Shown: in pieces, positions 52,337-62,337 of the stretch
Numbering within the stretch: position 1 is the stretch's first letter
Layout: each line of letters begins with the position of its first letter
NCBI GenBank assembly: GCA_044866315.1
Contig: JBIOTX010000042.1
Location: forward strand, 1,299 to 65,298
Direction of reading: 5' to 3'
Length of the DNA stretch: 64,000 nt
Source: Thermoanaerobaculia bacterium
GTDB taxonomy: Bacteria; Acidobacteriota; Thermoanaerobaculia; Gp7-AA8
Made by a program: the position numbers and the translations under genes
The notes under the pieces: generated by a model
Told to the model about the DNA's origin: nothing
The model's input: only the letters and a program-made list of their open reading frames with translations
The model's database searches: none

Positions 52337-52872
52337 GCGAACAGCACCCAGGCCTCCACCGCCGTCGCGAAGAGGAATCCTGCCAGGAGCGCGACGTACG
52401 CGAACCGCAGGAAGCGGTACTTCTTCCGGTACAGATAGCGGCCGTTGCTGTAGATGTCGCGTAGCGCGGCCTCGTAGACCATGGTGTCGGAGCGGAGCAC
52501 GGCCTCCATCTCCCGGAAGTACTCGTCCTCCGTGAGGAAGCCGAAGTGCCCGAAGAAGAGGAGGTTGCGGGGCGCCTTTCCCTTGCGCACCGCGCGCGGC
52601 GCGAACGTCGGCAGCACGGCCAGGATGGCCAGGAGGAGCGAGAGCAGGCAGGCGCCGGCGAGGGTGAGCAGCGCCGGCCGTAGCTGCGGGACGTCGACGC
52701 GGCTGAGGGCGATGGTCAGGACGATCGAGGAGATCGTGATCAGCAGGCTGGCCTTGGTGTCGGCCATGACGCTGAGCTGCACGTGGTGCTGCTGCATCGT
52801 CCGCAGCAGCGTGTCGACCTGCTGGCGCGGCTCCACGCCGGTCAGCTGCGGTGGGTGGGTGGCTTCGTTCAC
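52333..52872 (-). CDS. DUF5706 / Pycsar-effector-like two-TM protein (tentative)
   Basis: ADTKASLL sits just before TM1. After two TM helices comes LLFFGHFGFLTEDEYF...DIYSNGRYLYRKKYRFLRFAY. I remember this pattern from the DUF5706 family. GTG start 12 nt after the upstream stop. Confidence 0.5.
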
Positions 52873-52884
52873 GCTCCCCCGATC

Positions 52885-54249
52885 TTAGCGTGAGAAGAGA
52901 TTCAGCCGGTTGCGCTCCAGGAAAGACAGCTTCCCGTCGATGGTCGGCGTCGGGTAGACGCTGAAGCGCGTGGCCGCGTCGCAGGCGCCGATATCGCGCG
53001 CCGAGAGATAGCAGTCCCGCCACTGCCGCTTGCCCGTCGCGTAGCGCTGCGCCACGTCCATGTCCACCTTGATGTTCATCACCGGCAGGGTGAGCAGGAT
53101 CGTGGCGAGCGCGGTCATCAGCCGCGTGCGCATCTCGCCGGCGAGCGTGGTCAGATGCAGGTACATGGCGAAGAAGCCGGGGATGAGCAGCGTCGCGTAG
53201 CGCGACATCTGCGCGCCGCCGAGTCCGGCACAGACGCGGCCGACGGCGGCATTGGCGCAGAAGAGGAGCGTCCACGCGCCGAGGGCGACGATGGCCAGGC
53301 TGCGGAAGTCGAGGGCCGGCTCGTGCACAAGCGCGATGGCGTGGCGGACGACGATCCAGACCAGGAAGCCGAACAGGATCAGGCCCAGGACGACGCCGAA
53401 CTCCGTCGCGTACACCACGCCGAGGAAGCGGGCGAACATCAGGGCGATGAACCAGAGGTACTCGAGGGGGCGGGGGTGGGGAAAGCGGAAGCAGTCGATC
53501 GAGGGCTCGAAGACCCAGCCGCGGAAGAATACCGCCAGCGAGACCAGCGCGATCGCGAGTGCGGCCAGAGGCTCCCACGGCACGCGCCGTTCCGCGCGCC
53601 AGTGACGCCAGGTCTCGACGAGCAGGAGCAGGGGAGTGATGAACCCGAAGAAGAGGCCGAAGCCGGTGAAGAGCAACAGGAAGCTGCAGATCACCACCGC
53701 GGCGTAGGCCACGCGGCGGTTCTCGAGCGTCCAGGCCAGGACGTACAGCATGGCCAGCAGCAGCGGGACCGCGCCGTGGGCCGGGTTCGGGACGACGATC
53801 AGGCTTTCCACCTGGGCCAGGTTGAAGAAGAGCAGCGGTAGCAGGGCGTCCGCCGCGGTGAGGCGGTTGCCGAGGCGGCGCTTGACGAGGAACGCCGCGG
53901 CCAGCGCCAGGGCGAGGGTGATCCCGACGGCGAACGAGTCCGCGCGCGTGTTCCAGGAGCTGGCCCGCGCCACCATCCCGATCAGCACGCCGCCCAGCCC
54001 CTCCCGTACCGGTCCGTGCTGCACCGGGAACATGCTCCAGACGCTGCGTCCGGCGAAGAGCGGCGCGTAATAGTCCCACTGGTCGTAGTAGAGGAGGTTG
54101 ACGGCGTGCTCGGAGATCACCCGGAAGAACGGGTAGCCGCTGCCGAGGATGGCCAGGAGAACTAGCAGCGGCGCGACCCAGCGCCGCGACGGCGCGGGCG
54201 GGGGAGCGGGAGCCTCGGCGGGCCGTTCCGTACGGCGTTTGGTCGACAT
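52885..54249 (-). CDS. Polytopic integral membrane protein (about 10 or more TM helices, GT-C-like, function unknown)
   Basis: Long hydrophobic segments throughout, with a basic/Pro-rich N-terminus. High GC3. Confidence 0.6.
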   Translation of the reverse strand: MSTKRRTERPAEAPAPPPAPSRRWVAPLLVLLAILGSGYPFFRVISEHAVNLLYYDQWDYYAPLFAGRSVWSMFPVQHGPVREGLGGVLIGMVARASSWNTRADSFAVGITLALALAAAFLVKRRLGNRLTAADALLPLLFFNLAQVESLIVVPNPAHGAVPLLLAMLYVLAWTLENRRVAYAAVVICSFLLLFTGFGLFFGFITPLLLLVETWRHWRAERRVPWEPLAALAIALVSLAVFFRGWVFEPSIDCFRFPHPRPLEYLWFIALMFARFLGVVYATEFGVVLGLILFGFLVWIVVRHAIALVHEPALDFRSLAIVALGAWTLLFCANAAVGRVCAGLGGAQMSRYATLLIPGFFAMYLHLTTLAGEMRTRLMTALATILLTLPVMNIKVDMDVAQRYATGKRQWRDCYLSARDIGACDAATRFSVYPTPTIDGKLSFLERNRLNLFSR

Positions 54250-54301
54250 CGGGGCGGACTATACCTTCCGCTTGGCCTCGCTTGTGCTATCTCCACCGGC
54301 C

Positions 54302-55138
54302 ATGCGGTGGACACCTGGTCTCGACTCGGACATCATCGATCGGCGTGGTGCAGGCGGCGGCTTCGGCTTCGGACGGGGGCCGACCATCGGCTGCGGCGGC
54401 GCAATCATCCTGCTCGTGCTGAGCCTTCTCACCGGGCGCAACTTCTTCTCCCTGTTCGACGGCTCCGGCGGCGGCGTGCAAAGCGGGCCGGGAGCGGAGG
54501 CGGACGTCCCTCCGGCCAATCAGTCGCCGGAAGAAGCAAAGGCGTACGAGTTCGCCAAGTCCCTGATCACGGACACGCAGAACGTCTGGACCCAAATCTT
54601 CGAGCAGAACGGAACGCAGTATCAGCGCGCCAAGCTGGTCGCCTATCGCGACATGACCCCGACCGCCTGCGGTCACGGCCAAGCCGCCTCGGGACCGTTC
54701 TACTGTCCGGGCGACGGCAACATCTATCTCGATCTCTCCTTCAACGAGGAGCTCAGCCGCCGGTTTGGCGCCTCCGGTGATTTTGCAGTGGCCTACGTCG
54801 TCGCCCATGAGGCGGGGCATCACGTGCAGAACCTGCTCGGCGTCATGAACCAGGTGCCCCGCAACTCCAACGAGGCGTCCATACGCGTGGAGCTGCAGGC
54901 GGACTGTTTCGCCGGGATCTGGGCCCATAGCACCGCCAAGCGCAACATGCTCGAGGAAGGCGACGTGGAGGAGGCGATCAAGGCCGCGTCGGCAGTCGGC
55001 GACGACAACATCCAGGAGATGTCTGGCCGTGCCGTGAACCCCGACTCCTTCACGCACGGGTCGTCGCAACAGCGCATAGAGTGGTTTACACGCGGATTCC
55101 GCTCCGGACAGCTGCGCGACTGCGACACGTTCCGGTAG
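54302..55138 (+). CDS. YpfJ-like neutral zinc metallopeptidase (KPN_02809 family)
   Basis: MRWTPG...DRRG N-terminus, one TM helix, GPFYCPGD and the HEAGHHVQ zinc motif. Confidence 0.8.
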   Translation: MRWTPGLDSDIIDRRGAGGGFGFGRGPTIGCGGAIILLVLSLLTGRNFFSLFDGSGGGVQSGPGAEADVPPANQSPEEAKAYEFAKSLITDTQNVWTQIFEQNGTQYQRAKLVAYRDMTPTACGHGQAASGPFYCPGDGNIYLDLSFNEELSRRFGASGDFAVAYVVAHEAGHHVQNLLGVMNQVPRNSNEASIRVELQADCFAGIWAHSTAKRNMLEEGDVEEAIKAASAVGDDNIQEMSGRAVNPDSFTHGSSQQRIEWFTRGFRSGQLRDCDTFR

Positions 55139-55165
55139 TTGGCATAGAGTAGCGCCAACTGCTCC

Positions 55166-55570
55166 ATGCACACCGACCGCAACGCCATCACCGACACCAT
55201 CACGGATCTCTTCGTTGCCACGGACAACCGCGACTGGGCGGCCGTCCGCCGTTGTTTCGCGCCCCAGGTCCGCTTCGACATGACCTCGCTCGGCGGCGGA
55301 GAGCCGTCGACGATGACACCGGCGGACATTGCGAGTGGATGGGAGGCGGGGCTTTCGCCTATCCAGCACGTGTTCCACCAGGCCGGCAATTTCAAGGTGA
55401 CGATCCGCGGCGATGAGGCGGACGCCTTCTGCTACGCGATCGCGTTTCACCGCGGAGACAACATCGCCCGCACGTTCGCGGGGAGCTACGACTTCCACCT
55501 CGTCCGTGCGGGCGATCACTGGGTGATCGATCTGTTCCGCTACAACGTCAAGTTCGTGGACGGCGCCTAA
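55166..55570 (+). CDS. Nuclear transport factor 2 / SnoaL-like family protein
   Basis: ITDLFVATDNRDWAAVRRCFAPQVRFD is typical of SnoaL-like proteins. 134 aa. Confidence 0.7.
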   Translation: MHTDRNAITDTITDLFVATDNRDWAAVRRCFAPQVRFDMTSLGGGEPSTMTPADIASGWEAGLSPIQHVFHQAGNFKVTIRGDEADAFCYAIAFHRGDNIARTFAGSYDFHLVRAGDHWVIDLFRYNVKFVDGA

Positions 55571-57048
55571 TCCTCCACGACGTCTTCCGGCAGCTTCACC
55601 ATCAGCCCCGCCGTTGGGTTGGTCTGCAGGTCGAACCCATTCAGGTTGGCGACCTCCTCGGCATCCTTCGTATCGCCGGTCGCGCGGCGGGCGACGTCGC
55701 TCCAGGTCTCACCGCTGCGGACCCGGCCGATGCGCATGCGCGGCGCCTCGACCGAGCGCGCGCGGCTGGGGCTGACGTCCATCCGGCGCAGCACTTCGCC
55801 GAGAGGGCTGTTGCGCGAGCTGATGTTCGGGGAGACGAAGAGCAGTACTGCCACGTGATCGCCGTGCGCGAACTGCGTCGACTCGACGCCGACCACGCCG
55901 GACTGGGTCTGGCCCTGCCAGACGTCGATGGGAAAGCGGTCGCCGGTGGCCGTGGTGGCCTGGCGCGCGCCGGCGTATTGAAGTCCCATCTGCTGCAGGC
56001 GCAGGCGAATGGCGTCCTGCGCGTTGCGACCCTGAAGCTCGCGCGCTTCGACTTCCTGGGCCATGAGGTACGCGTCGTTCTGGCCGCGGCCGCGCGGGGC
56101 CATCACGAAGAGCACGCCCGGCTCCATCCGCCCCTCCCAGCCCTGCGGCGGCCGGATCACCAGGCCATGGCCGCGGTCATAGATCACGCCGTCGCGGATG
56201 ACCATGTGCTGGGTGCTGTTGGCGGTGATGATGCCGTCGAGCAGGGCCACGTACGAGTCGCGGTCGGGCGGATCGAATCCGCCGCCCGAGGCCATGCCGC
56301 TCAGCTCCACGACCTTGGAGTGCACGTCGCGCACGCGCTTGGCCGGATCGGGATGGGACATGAAGTAGCGGTCGATCCCCGAGGACTCGTTCTTGCTCAG
56401 GCGCTGCAGGGTCATCAGCATCCGCTCGGCGCCGATGGGGTGGAACTGCGCGCGGGCCATGTAGCCGGTGCCGAGGAGGTCGGCCTGGGTTTCCTGGCTG
56501 CGCGAGTAGCGCTGGAAGAGCAATCCGAGGCCGAGCTCGGCCAGTTGGCCGTACTGCTGGAGCACTTCCGGCCCCGCGATCACCGCGCCGAGGACCATCC
56601 CGAACTGGGCGAGCTGTTGGCGGGAGATGCGCTGGGCGGTGTGCCGAGCCGTGACGTGCGCGATCTCGTGGCCGATGACACCGGCCAGCTCGTCTTCCGA
56701 GTTCACGCGCTCGAGCATCCCGCGGGTGACGTAGACGTAGCCGCCGGGCAGAGCCATGGCGTTGACCATCGGCGTGTCCAGGACGGTGAACGTCCAGGGC
56801 AGGTTGGGGCGCTCCGAGCGCGAGGCGATCTCGTGGCCGATGCGCTCGACCAGCCGGTTCAGCTCCGGTTTCTCGCGATAGACCCCGAACTCGTGGAGGA
56901 TCTGTTCATGGGACTGCCGTCCGATCGCGATCTCCTGCGACTCGGACACGATGTTGAACTCCTTTTTGCCGGTTGCCGGGTTCGTGCTGCACGCAATCAT
57001 GGCGAGCGCGACGGTCAGCGCAACCAGCGTCGTGCGAATGTTTCTCAT
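55567..57048 (-). CDS. M48 family metallopeptidase, exported or lipoprotein, with a C-terminal LysM-like domain
   Basis: LAMIAC signal peptide. HEIAHVTARH zinc motif. The C-terminal VRSGETWSDVARR...ANLNG...LMVKLP is LysM-like. Confidence 0.8.
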   Translation of the reverse strand: MRNIRTTLVALTVALAMIACSTNPATGKKEFNIVSESQEIAIGRQSHEQILHEFGVYREKPELNRLVERIGHEIASRSERPNLPWTFTVLDTPMVNAMALPGGYVYVTRGMLERVNSEDELAGVIGHEIAHVTARHTAQRISRQQLAQFGMVLGAVIAGPEVLQQYGQLAELGLGLLFQRYSRSQETQADLLGTGYMARAQFHPIGAERMLMTLQRLSKNESSGIDRYFMSHPDPAKRVRDVHSKVVELSGMASGGGFDPPDRDSYVALLDGIITANSTQHMVIRDGVIYDRGHGLVIRPPQGWEGRMEPGVLFVMAPRGRGQNDAYLMAQEVEARELQGRNAQDAIRLRLQQMGLQYAGARQATTATGDRFPIDVWQGQTQSGVVGVESTQFAHGDHVAVLLFVSPNISSRNSPLGEVLRRMDVSPSRARSVEAPRMRIGRVRSGETWSDVARRATGDTKDAEEVANLNGFDLQTNPTAGLMVKLPEDVVED

Positions 57049-57154
57049 GGTCTTCTCCTCAGAGTTTGCGAGCCTCGAAAGTGCAAGTGGCAGGCCTCGT
57101 CTGGTGCGCGTGTTGCTGCACCCGGTCAGGCGAATTCATGAAGAGGAGGACGTA

Positions 57155-57637
57155 ATGGCGAACGACTTTCGGGATCGGGACCGCTACAGGGATCGCGACC
57201 GCGGTTGGCGCGGCGATGACGTTCCGAACCGCGGCATGTTCGGCTATGAGGGCGAGGGCTACATGCGCAATCGGAACCGCGACGATTTCTCCACCGGATT
57301 CGCGGGCAGCTACGGTACAGGCGGCTATCGCGACCTGGAGAGTGGCGCCGATCGCAGCTGGAACATCGGACAGGACAGCGAGCGGGACCGGTCCTACCGC
57401 GGGCGCGGCCCGAAGAACTACCAGCGTTCGGACGACCGCATCCGCGAGGACGTCTGCGAGCGTCTGACCATGGACCATGACGTCGACGCGAGCGAGATCG
57501 AGGTCGTCGTGCAGGAGGGCGTGGTCACCCTGAACGGCTCGGTGAACGACCGCCACGCCAAGCGGCTGGCCGAGGACATCTCCGAGTCCGTGCGCGGCGT
57601 CAAGGACGTGCAGAACAACATCCGGGTCACGCGCTAG
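57155..57637 (+). CDS. BON domain protein with an R/D/G-rich disordered N-terminus (SWFGD-type stress protein)
   Basis: GAGGAGGA RBS. RDRDRYRDRDRGWRGDD low complexity. The C-terminal VVVQEGVVTLNGSVNDRHAKRLAEDI...VKDVQNNIRV is a BON domain. Confidence 0.75.
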   Translation: MANDFRDRDRYRDRDRGWRGDDVPNRGMFGYEGEGYMRNRNRDDFSTGFAGSYGTGGYRDLESGADRSWNIGQDSERDRSYRGRGPKNYQRSDDRIREDVCERLTMDHDVDASEIEVVVQEGVVTLNGSVNDRHAKRLAEDISESVRGVKDVQNNIRVTR

Positions 57638-59417
57638 GCCGCAATACGACTGCCGCCTCTCCCGGAATCTTCCAGTTCTCTTCCGTATCCACGTGGGCGA
57701 TGCGCTCCGTCGCCCACATCACCTCCCACCGCCGGAAGCCGTGGGGCGGCGCGAGCAGCGGCTCCGGTGCCGGGTCGAGGTGCAGCGCAGCGCCGAGGCT
57801 CACCAGCAGCAGGCGCTCGTCGGCGTCGCCGGCGAGCCAGCGCAGCACGAAGCACTCCTCGCCGAGCACCGCTCCCTGCAGCCAGTCGCTGCGCTGCTCG
57901 CGGAACGGGTGCGTGCGGCGCAGCGCGATCAGCTCGCGGTGCAGGCGCAGTATGGCCTCGTCGCGCTGCGCGTGATCGAGGATGCAGCTCTCGAACGTGG
58001 CCCGTTCCTCCGGCGGCGGCACGCCCTTCACCGACGGGAACTGGCGCATGAACTCTGCCCGGCCTTCCCGCACCAGCTTCGCCAGCTCGGGGCGGTGATC
58101 GGCGAAGTAGGTGAAGGGCGACGGGGCGCCGAATTCCTGTCCCTGAAACAGCATTGGCGTCTGCGGCTGCAGCAAGAGCAGCGCAGTCATTGCCCGGAGC
58201 TTGCCCGGTGAGGTGATCTCGTGCACGCGCTCGCCGCGCGCGGAGTTCGCGATCTGATCGTGATTCTGAATGAAGCAGACCAGCCGGGCCGGGTCGATGT
58301 CCTGCGAGGGCGTTCCGCGGCGCTGCTTCTGCCACTTGTACCACTGGCCCTGATACAGGAATCCGAGCTTCGCCATCGAGACGAACTCCTGCGGCCGGCC
58401 GCGATAGTCGGTGTAGTACGCCTCGTGGTTTCCGGTCAGCGCCACCATCGCCGCGTGATGCCAGTCATCGTTCCACATCGCATCGAGGCCGAAGCGGGTG
58501 AGCAGCGTCCGGTCCTGCGGCTCGTTCTCGGCGACGAGATACGCGCCGCGCGTGCATGCGCTGATCTCTTCGAGAATGTGCCGTTCCGACGCGTCGTTGA
58601 TGGACTGCGTCGCGTCGAGACGCAGGCCGTCGAAGTGGAACTCGTCGATCCAGTACGCGGCGTTCTCGCGGAAGAACTCGCGCACGCCGGCGGCATCCTC
58701 GCCGTCGAAGTTGATCGCCTCGCCCCAGTCGTTCTCGTAGCGGTCGGTGAAGTAGCTCGGCGTGAACTGCTTGAGGTAGCAGCCGTCGGGGCCGAAGTGG
58801 TTGTAGACGACGTCGAGAATGACGCCGATGCCGTGCGCATGCGCCTGGTCGACCAGCGCGCGCAACTCGTCCGGCGTGCCGTAGAGGTGGGTCGGGGCCC
58901 AGAGATCGACGCCGTCGTAGCCCCACCCGAACGCCCCGGGGAACTCGTGCACCGGCATCACCTCGATGAGATTGACGCCGACGTCGGCAAGGTGGGGGAG
59001 GTGCTGCGCCGCCGCGGCGTACGTGCCCTCGGGCGTAAACGTGCCGACGTGCAGCTCGTAGAGCACCAGGCCTTTGCGTCCGACGCCGCGCCAGTCGGCA
59101 TCACGCCAGCGGTACGCAGACGGATCGATGACCTCCGACGGCCCGTGCGGCCCCTGGGGCTGGAACCGTGACGCGGGATCGGGATAGGTCTCAGGCTCGC
59201 CGTCGAGCCGAAAGCGATAGCGCGCGCCCGCTCGCGCCCCGCGGATGAGGGCCGAAAAGTAGCCGCGCTCCTCGCGCTGAAGCGGAATGTCGCGATCGTC
59301 CAAGACGACCGCGACCGCTCCACGCGACGGCGCCCATAAGCGGAAATGGACGCCGCCGTCGACGACCTCCGCCCCCACAGACCTGCGGCGATTCACAGTC
59401 TCCGCAGCCGTGCTCAA
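57627..59417 (-). CDS. treZ: Malto-oligosyltrehalose trehalohydrolase (GH13)
   Basis: FRLWAP, ELHVGTFT, GYDGV, VILDVVYNHFGPDG, FDGLRLDA, VAENE. TTG start, so the start is uncertain. Confidence 0.8.
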   Translation of the reverse strand: MSTAAETVNRRRSVGAEVVDGGVHFRLWAPSRGAVAVVLDDRDIPLQREERGYFSALIRGARAGARYRFRLDGEPETYPDPASRFQPQGPHGPSEVIDPSAYRWRDADWRGVGRKGLVLYELHVGTFTPEGTYAAAAQHLPHLADVGVNLIEVMPVHEFPGAFGWGYDGVDLWAPTHLYGTPDELRALVDQAHAHGIGVILDVVYNHFGPDGCYLKQFTPSYFTDRYENDWGEAINFDGEDAAGVREFFRENAAYWIDEFHFDGLRLDATQSINDASERHILEEISACTRGAYLVAENEPQDRTLLTRFGLDAMWNDDWHHAAMVALTGNHEAYYTDYRGRPQEFVSMAKLGFLYQGQWYKWQKQRRGTPSQDIDPARLVCFIQNHDQIANSARGERVHEITSPGKLRAMTALLLLQPQTPMLFQGQEFGAPSPFTYFADHRPELAKLVREGRAEFMRQFPSVKGVPPPEERATFESCILDHAQRDEAILRLHRELIALRRTHPFREQRSDWLQGAVLGEECFVLRWLAGDADERLLLVSLGAALHLDPAPEPLLAPPHGFRRWEVMWATERIAHVDTEENWKIPGEAAVVLRPSA

Positions 59418-59426
59418 GTCGTGCCG

Positions 59427-59969
59427 CTACACCGCCACCGGCTCTTCCACCGGCAGCTCGATGGCCACCGCGGCCGCGTTGACCACCGCCGCCGTCCGCA
59501 CCGCGTCGAGCACGTGCTCCTCGGTCAGTCCCCCCTCGAGCACCACCGCCTCGTGCGAGCGGATGCAGGTCTCGCAGCCGTTGATCGCGCTCACCGCCAG
59601 GCAGAACAGCTCGAAGTCGGTCTTGTTCGAGGCCGGCCTGGCGATGCGCTGCATGCGCAGGCGGGCCGGCATCTTCTCGTAGGCCTCCTTGGCGATCATG
59701 TGCCGGAAGCGGTAGTAGACGTTGTTCATCGCCATCAGCGCCGCGGCCGCGAGCGCATCGTCGATCACCTCCGGACCGACCACGGCACGCGCGTCCGTGA
59801 GGATGGCGTCGCGCAGGCGATGGTTGCCGGTGGCGATCGCCGAGGCGACCGCCACCCCCCACCGCTGCGCCGGCGAAAGAGATCCCTGCTGCAGCACGGA
59901 CTGCAGGTTCAGTTTGATGTCGCGCGCCGGCTCGGGAATCGCGGCGCGGATCGCTTCGACGGCGCTCAT
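59427..59969 (-). CDS. ahpD: Alkylhydroperoxidase AhpD
   Basis: Carboxymuconolactone-decarboxylase fold with the GCETCIRSHE CxxC motif. It lies immediately downstream of ahpC. Confidence 0.85.
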   Translation of the reverse strand: MSAVEAIRAAIPEPARDIKLNLQSVLQQGSLSPAQRWGVAVASAIATGNHRLRDAILTDARAVVGPEVIDDALAAAALMAMNNVYYRFRHMIAKEAYEKMPARLRMQRIARPASNKTDFELFCLAVSAINGCETCIRSHEAVVLEGGLTEEHVLDAVRTAAVVNAAAVAIELPVEEPVAV

Positions 59970-59972
59970 GGG

Positions 59973-60509
59973 CTACGCCACCTTGATGGTGTCTTCGCCC
60001 TTTTCCCAGTTGCAGGGGCAGAGCTCATCGGTCTGCAGCGCGTCCAGCGTGCGCAGGACCTCGCCGACGTTGCGGCCGACGCTGAGGTCGTACGCGCTCA
60101 CCGAGCGGATGATCCCGCTGGGGTCGACGATGAAGGTCACGCGCAGGGCCACGCCCGCGTCCTTGTGCAGGACACCGAGGGCGTTGCCGAACTGCGGGGT
60201 GATGTGCACGAGCGGCGTCTTCAGGTCGGCGAGGTCCGGGTGGGTGTTGCGCCAGGCTAGGTGCGAGAACTCGTTGTCGGTCGAGCCGCCGAGGACGACG
60301 GCGTCGCGGTCGGCGAAGTCCGCCGTGGCCTTGCCGAACTCGACGATCTCGGTGGGACAGATGAACGTGAAGTCCTTCGGGTAGGCGTAGAAGACGAGCC
60401 ACTTGCCCTGGAAGTCCTTGTTCGAGACTTCCTTGAACTCCTTGCCCTTCGCGCGGCTCACGTTTGCGGTCAGCTTGAAATCGGGAAAACGATCACCAAC
60501 AGTCAACAT
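59973..60509 (-). CDS. ahpC: Peroxiredoxin AhpC (AhpC/Prx1 type)
   Basis: FYAYPKDFTFICPTE carries the peroxidatic Cys. C-terminal CPCNW. AAAGGAGA RBS. Confidence 0.85.
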   Translation of the reverse strand: MLTVGDRFPDFKLTANVSRAKGKEFKEVSNKDFQGKWLVFYAYPKDFTFICPTEIVEFGKATADFADRDAVVLGGSTDNEFSHLAWRNTHPDLADLKTPLVHITPQFGNALGVLHKDAGVALRVTFIVDPSGIIRSVSAYDLSVGRNVGEVLRTLDALQTDELCPCNWEKGEDTIKVA

Positions 60510-60573
60510 CTGAGGTTCTTCTTCTCCTTTGTGATGTCCCGCCTTGCGGGTATTACGGTCTGTACGATCTATG

Positions 60574-60607
60574 TTTAGACTAAATCTAAACTTGGCTTAA
60601 ACGTCAA
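60574..60607 (-). promoter_or_regulatory. Candidate sigma70-type ahpCD promoter with an overlapping palindromic operator
   Basis: On the minus strand: TTGACG (60602-60607), a 17-nt spacer, then TTTAGT (60579-60584). The palindrome TTTAGA-N5-TCTAAA (60574-90) overlaps the -10. The patch is AT-rich within GC-rich DNA. Confidence 0.4.
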
Positions 60608-60628
60608 GCCATGGATGAAATTTCCAAC

Positions 60629-61960
60629 TCAGATGCCGCTCGGATACGTCTCCGGGACGTCCCCGGTGTGCCAGGTCGGCGTCCGCTCCAGCGGCTCGAC
60701 CGCGCGGGTCTGGTCGATGTGGATCATTGCGTCGAACTGCTGCGGCAGCCGGGCGTGGAAGTAGTGGCTCTGGCGCTCCGTCTCCGGCCGATAGATCACC
60801 CCGATGGCCCGCTGCAGCCGCGGCTCGGCCAGCTCCTCGGCCGCCGGACCGTCGCCGCGGAAGAGGAGGTAATAGGCCGACGACGGCGAGACCTGGTGGA
60901 GCACGTCTTCGTAACTGTTCTTCAGGCCCGGCCGCACGCGCTTGCGCTCCGCCGGCCCGTCCCAGTCCGTCGCCGCGGTGACCGTGCCTGTGTAGGTCGA
61001 GAAGCCGATGAGCACCGCCGCGTCGCCGTAGCGCTCGCGCGCGAGCTGGCCGACGTTCAGCTCCCCCTGCGCGCCCATCTCCGTGAAGCGGGCGTCGCCG
61101 AGGTGAGAGTTGTGCTCCCAGACCACGACCTTGGCGCGGCGGCCCTGTTTGCCGATGTGCGCGACCAATGCGTCCAGGGTTTCCGCCATGTGCCGGTCGC
61201 GCAGGTTCCACGAGGAGACCCGCCCGGCGAACATCGACCGGTAGTACTCCTCGGCATTCTTGATCAGCCGTGCGTTCTGTTCGGCGTAGAAGAACTCGTC
61301 CGGCGGAATGTGTCCGTTGCGATTGGCCAGCTCCGCGGCCCGCCGGCGCAATTCGGTCAATTGATTGACCACCGCTTCCTGGCACGACTGGGCGATGCCG
61401 AAGGCGGCGGCGTAGCCGTACGACTGAGCCTCGTCGCCGAAATGGTCGAAGCACGCGTAGCGCCGCCGAGCCTGCGCCGCTGCCGGCGGATCCACCTTCT
61501 CGAGGTAGTGGATGACCGCCTCGATGGAGGAAAAGAGCGAGTAGAGATCGAGCCCGTAGAACCCGACCTTCTCCTTCACGTCGGGAATGGCGTCATTGAA
61601 GCTGCGCAGCCAGCCGACGAAGTCGAGCACGTCCGCGTTGCGCCACATCCAGGTCGGGAAGCGCGCCTTGAATCCCTCCAGCGCCTCCGTCGCGTCGGCG
61701 TCGTCGTTCATCGCCCGGACGTAGCGGTTCACGCGGTAGGCATCCGGCCAGTCCGCCTCCACCGCGACGCAGTTGAATCCTTTTTCGTCGATCAGCCGCT
61801 TCGTGATCTCCGCGCGGTCGCGGTAGAACTCGTGCGTCCCGTGCGAGGCCTCGCCGATCAGCGCCACCGACGCGTCCCCGGCCATCTCGATGAGCGCGTC
61901 ATAGTCGCTGCGGTCGCCCGTCACCGGACGCATCGACCCGTGGATCTTCTCCAGGTTCAT
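60629..61960 (-). CDS. Erythromycin esterase (EreA/ChaN-like) family protein
   Basis: ALIGEASHGTHEFY, AVEADWPD, VVWEHNSHLGD. The ATG at 61960 overlaps the upstream stop (ATGA). The ORF-track extension to 62407 is Arg/Pro-rich and overlaps another gene, so it is rejected. Confidence 0.8.
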   Translation of the reverse strand: MNLEKIHGSMRPVTGDRSDYDALIEMAGDASVALIGEASHGTHEFYRDRAEITKRLIDEKGFNCVAVEADWPDAYRVNRYVRAMNDDADATEALEGFKARFPTWMWRNADVLDFVGWLRSFNDAIPDVKEKVGFYGLDLYSLFSSIEAVIHYLEKVDPPAAAQARRRYACFDHFGDEAQSYGYAAAFGIAQSCQEAVVNQLTELRRRAAELANRNGHIPPDEFFYAEQNARLIKNAEEYYRSMFAGRVSSWNLRDRHMAETLDALVAHIGKQGRRAKVVVWEHNSHLGDARFTEMGAQGELNVGQLARERYGDAAVLIGFSTYTGTVTAATDWDGPAERKRVRPGLKNSYEDVLHQVSPSSAYYLLFRGDGPAAEELAEPRLQRAIGVIYRPETERQSHYFHARLPQQFDAMIHIDQTRAVEPLERTPTWHTGDVPETYPSGI

Positions 61961-62298
61961 GCGACACCGTCCACGAGCTCGGGGGGCATGGGCGAGCGGA
62001 AACGAAGGCGGGTCGTGTGACCGTCGGCCGAGGTGATGTCCAGCCCCTCGTCGATTCCCGCCTCCTGCTGGAGCGTCACCCGCGCCGCGTCGATGACGAT
62101 GCGGCGGTGATGGCGGATGTCCGCGCCGAGGTGCACGACGATGTGGCCGTCGCGCGCGACCAGCCCCTCCAGCGGTAGGGGCTCGCCCTCGCCGTCCACG
62201 GTCACCAGCCAGTGATCGTGCTGCATGGTGAAGGACTCCAGAAAGCGAGCCCAGTCGTTGCGTTCGATCTCCCGCTGCACGAGTCTGATGTCGTGCAA
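61957..62298 (-). CDS. DUF5335-like small protein
   Basis: The TTG at 62298 is preceded by AAGGAG with an 8-nt spacer. REIERNDWARFLESFTMQHDHWLVTV resembles DUF5335. Coupled to the esterase-family gene. Confidence 0.5.
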   Translation of the reverse strand: MHDIRLVQREIERNDWARFLESFTMQHDHWLVTVDGEGEPLPLEGLVARDGHIVVHLGADIRHHRRIVIDAARVTLQQEAGIDEGLDITSADGHTTRLRFRSPMPPELVDGVA

Positions 62299-62337
62299 GC
62301 GGCGTGCTCCTTGCTCCCTTGGAGAGCGGAGGCTTCC

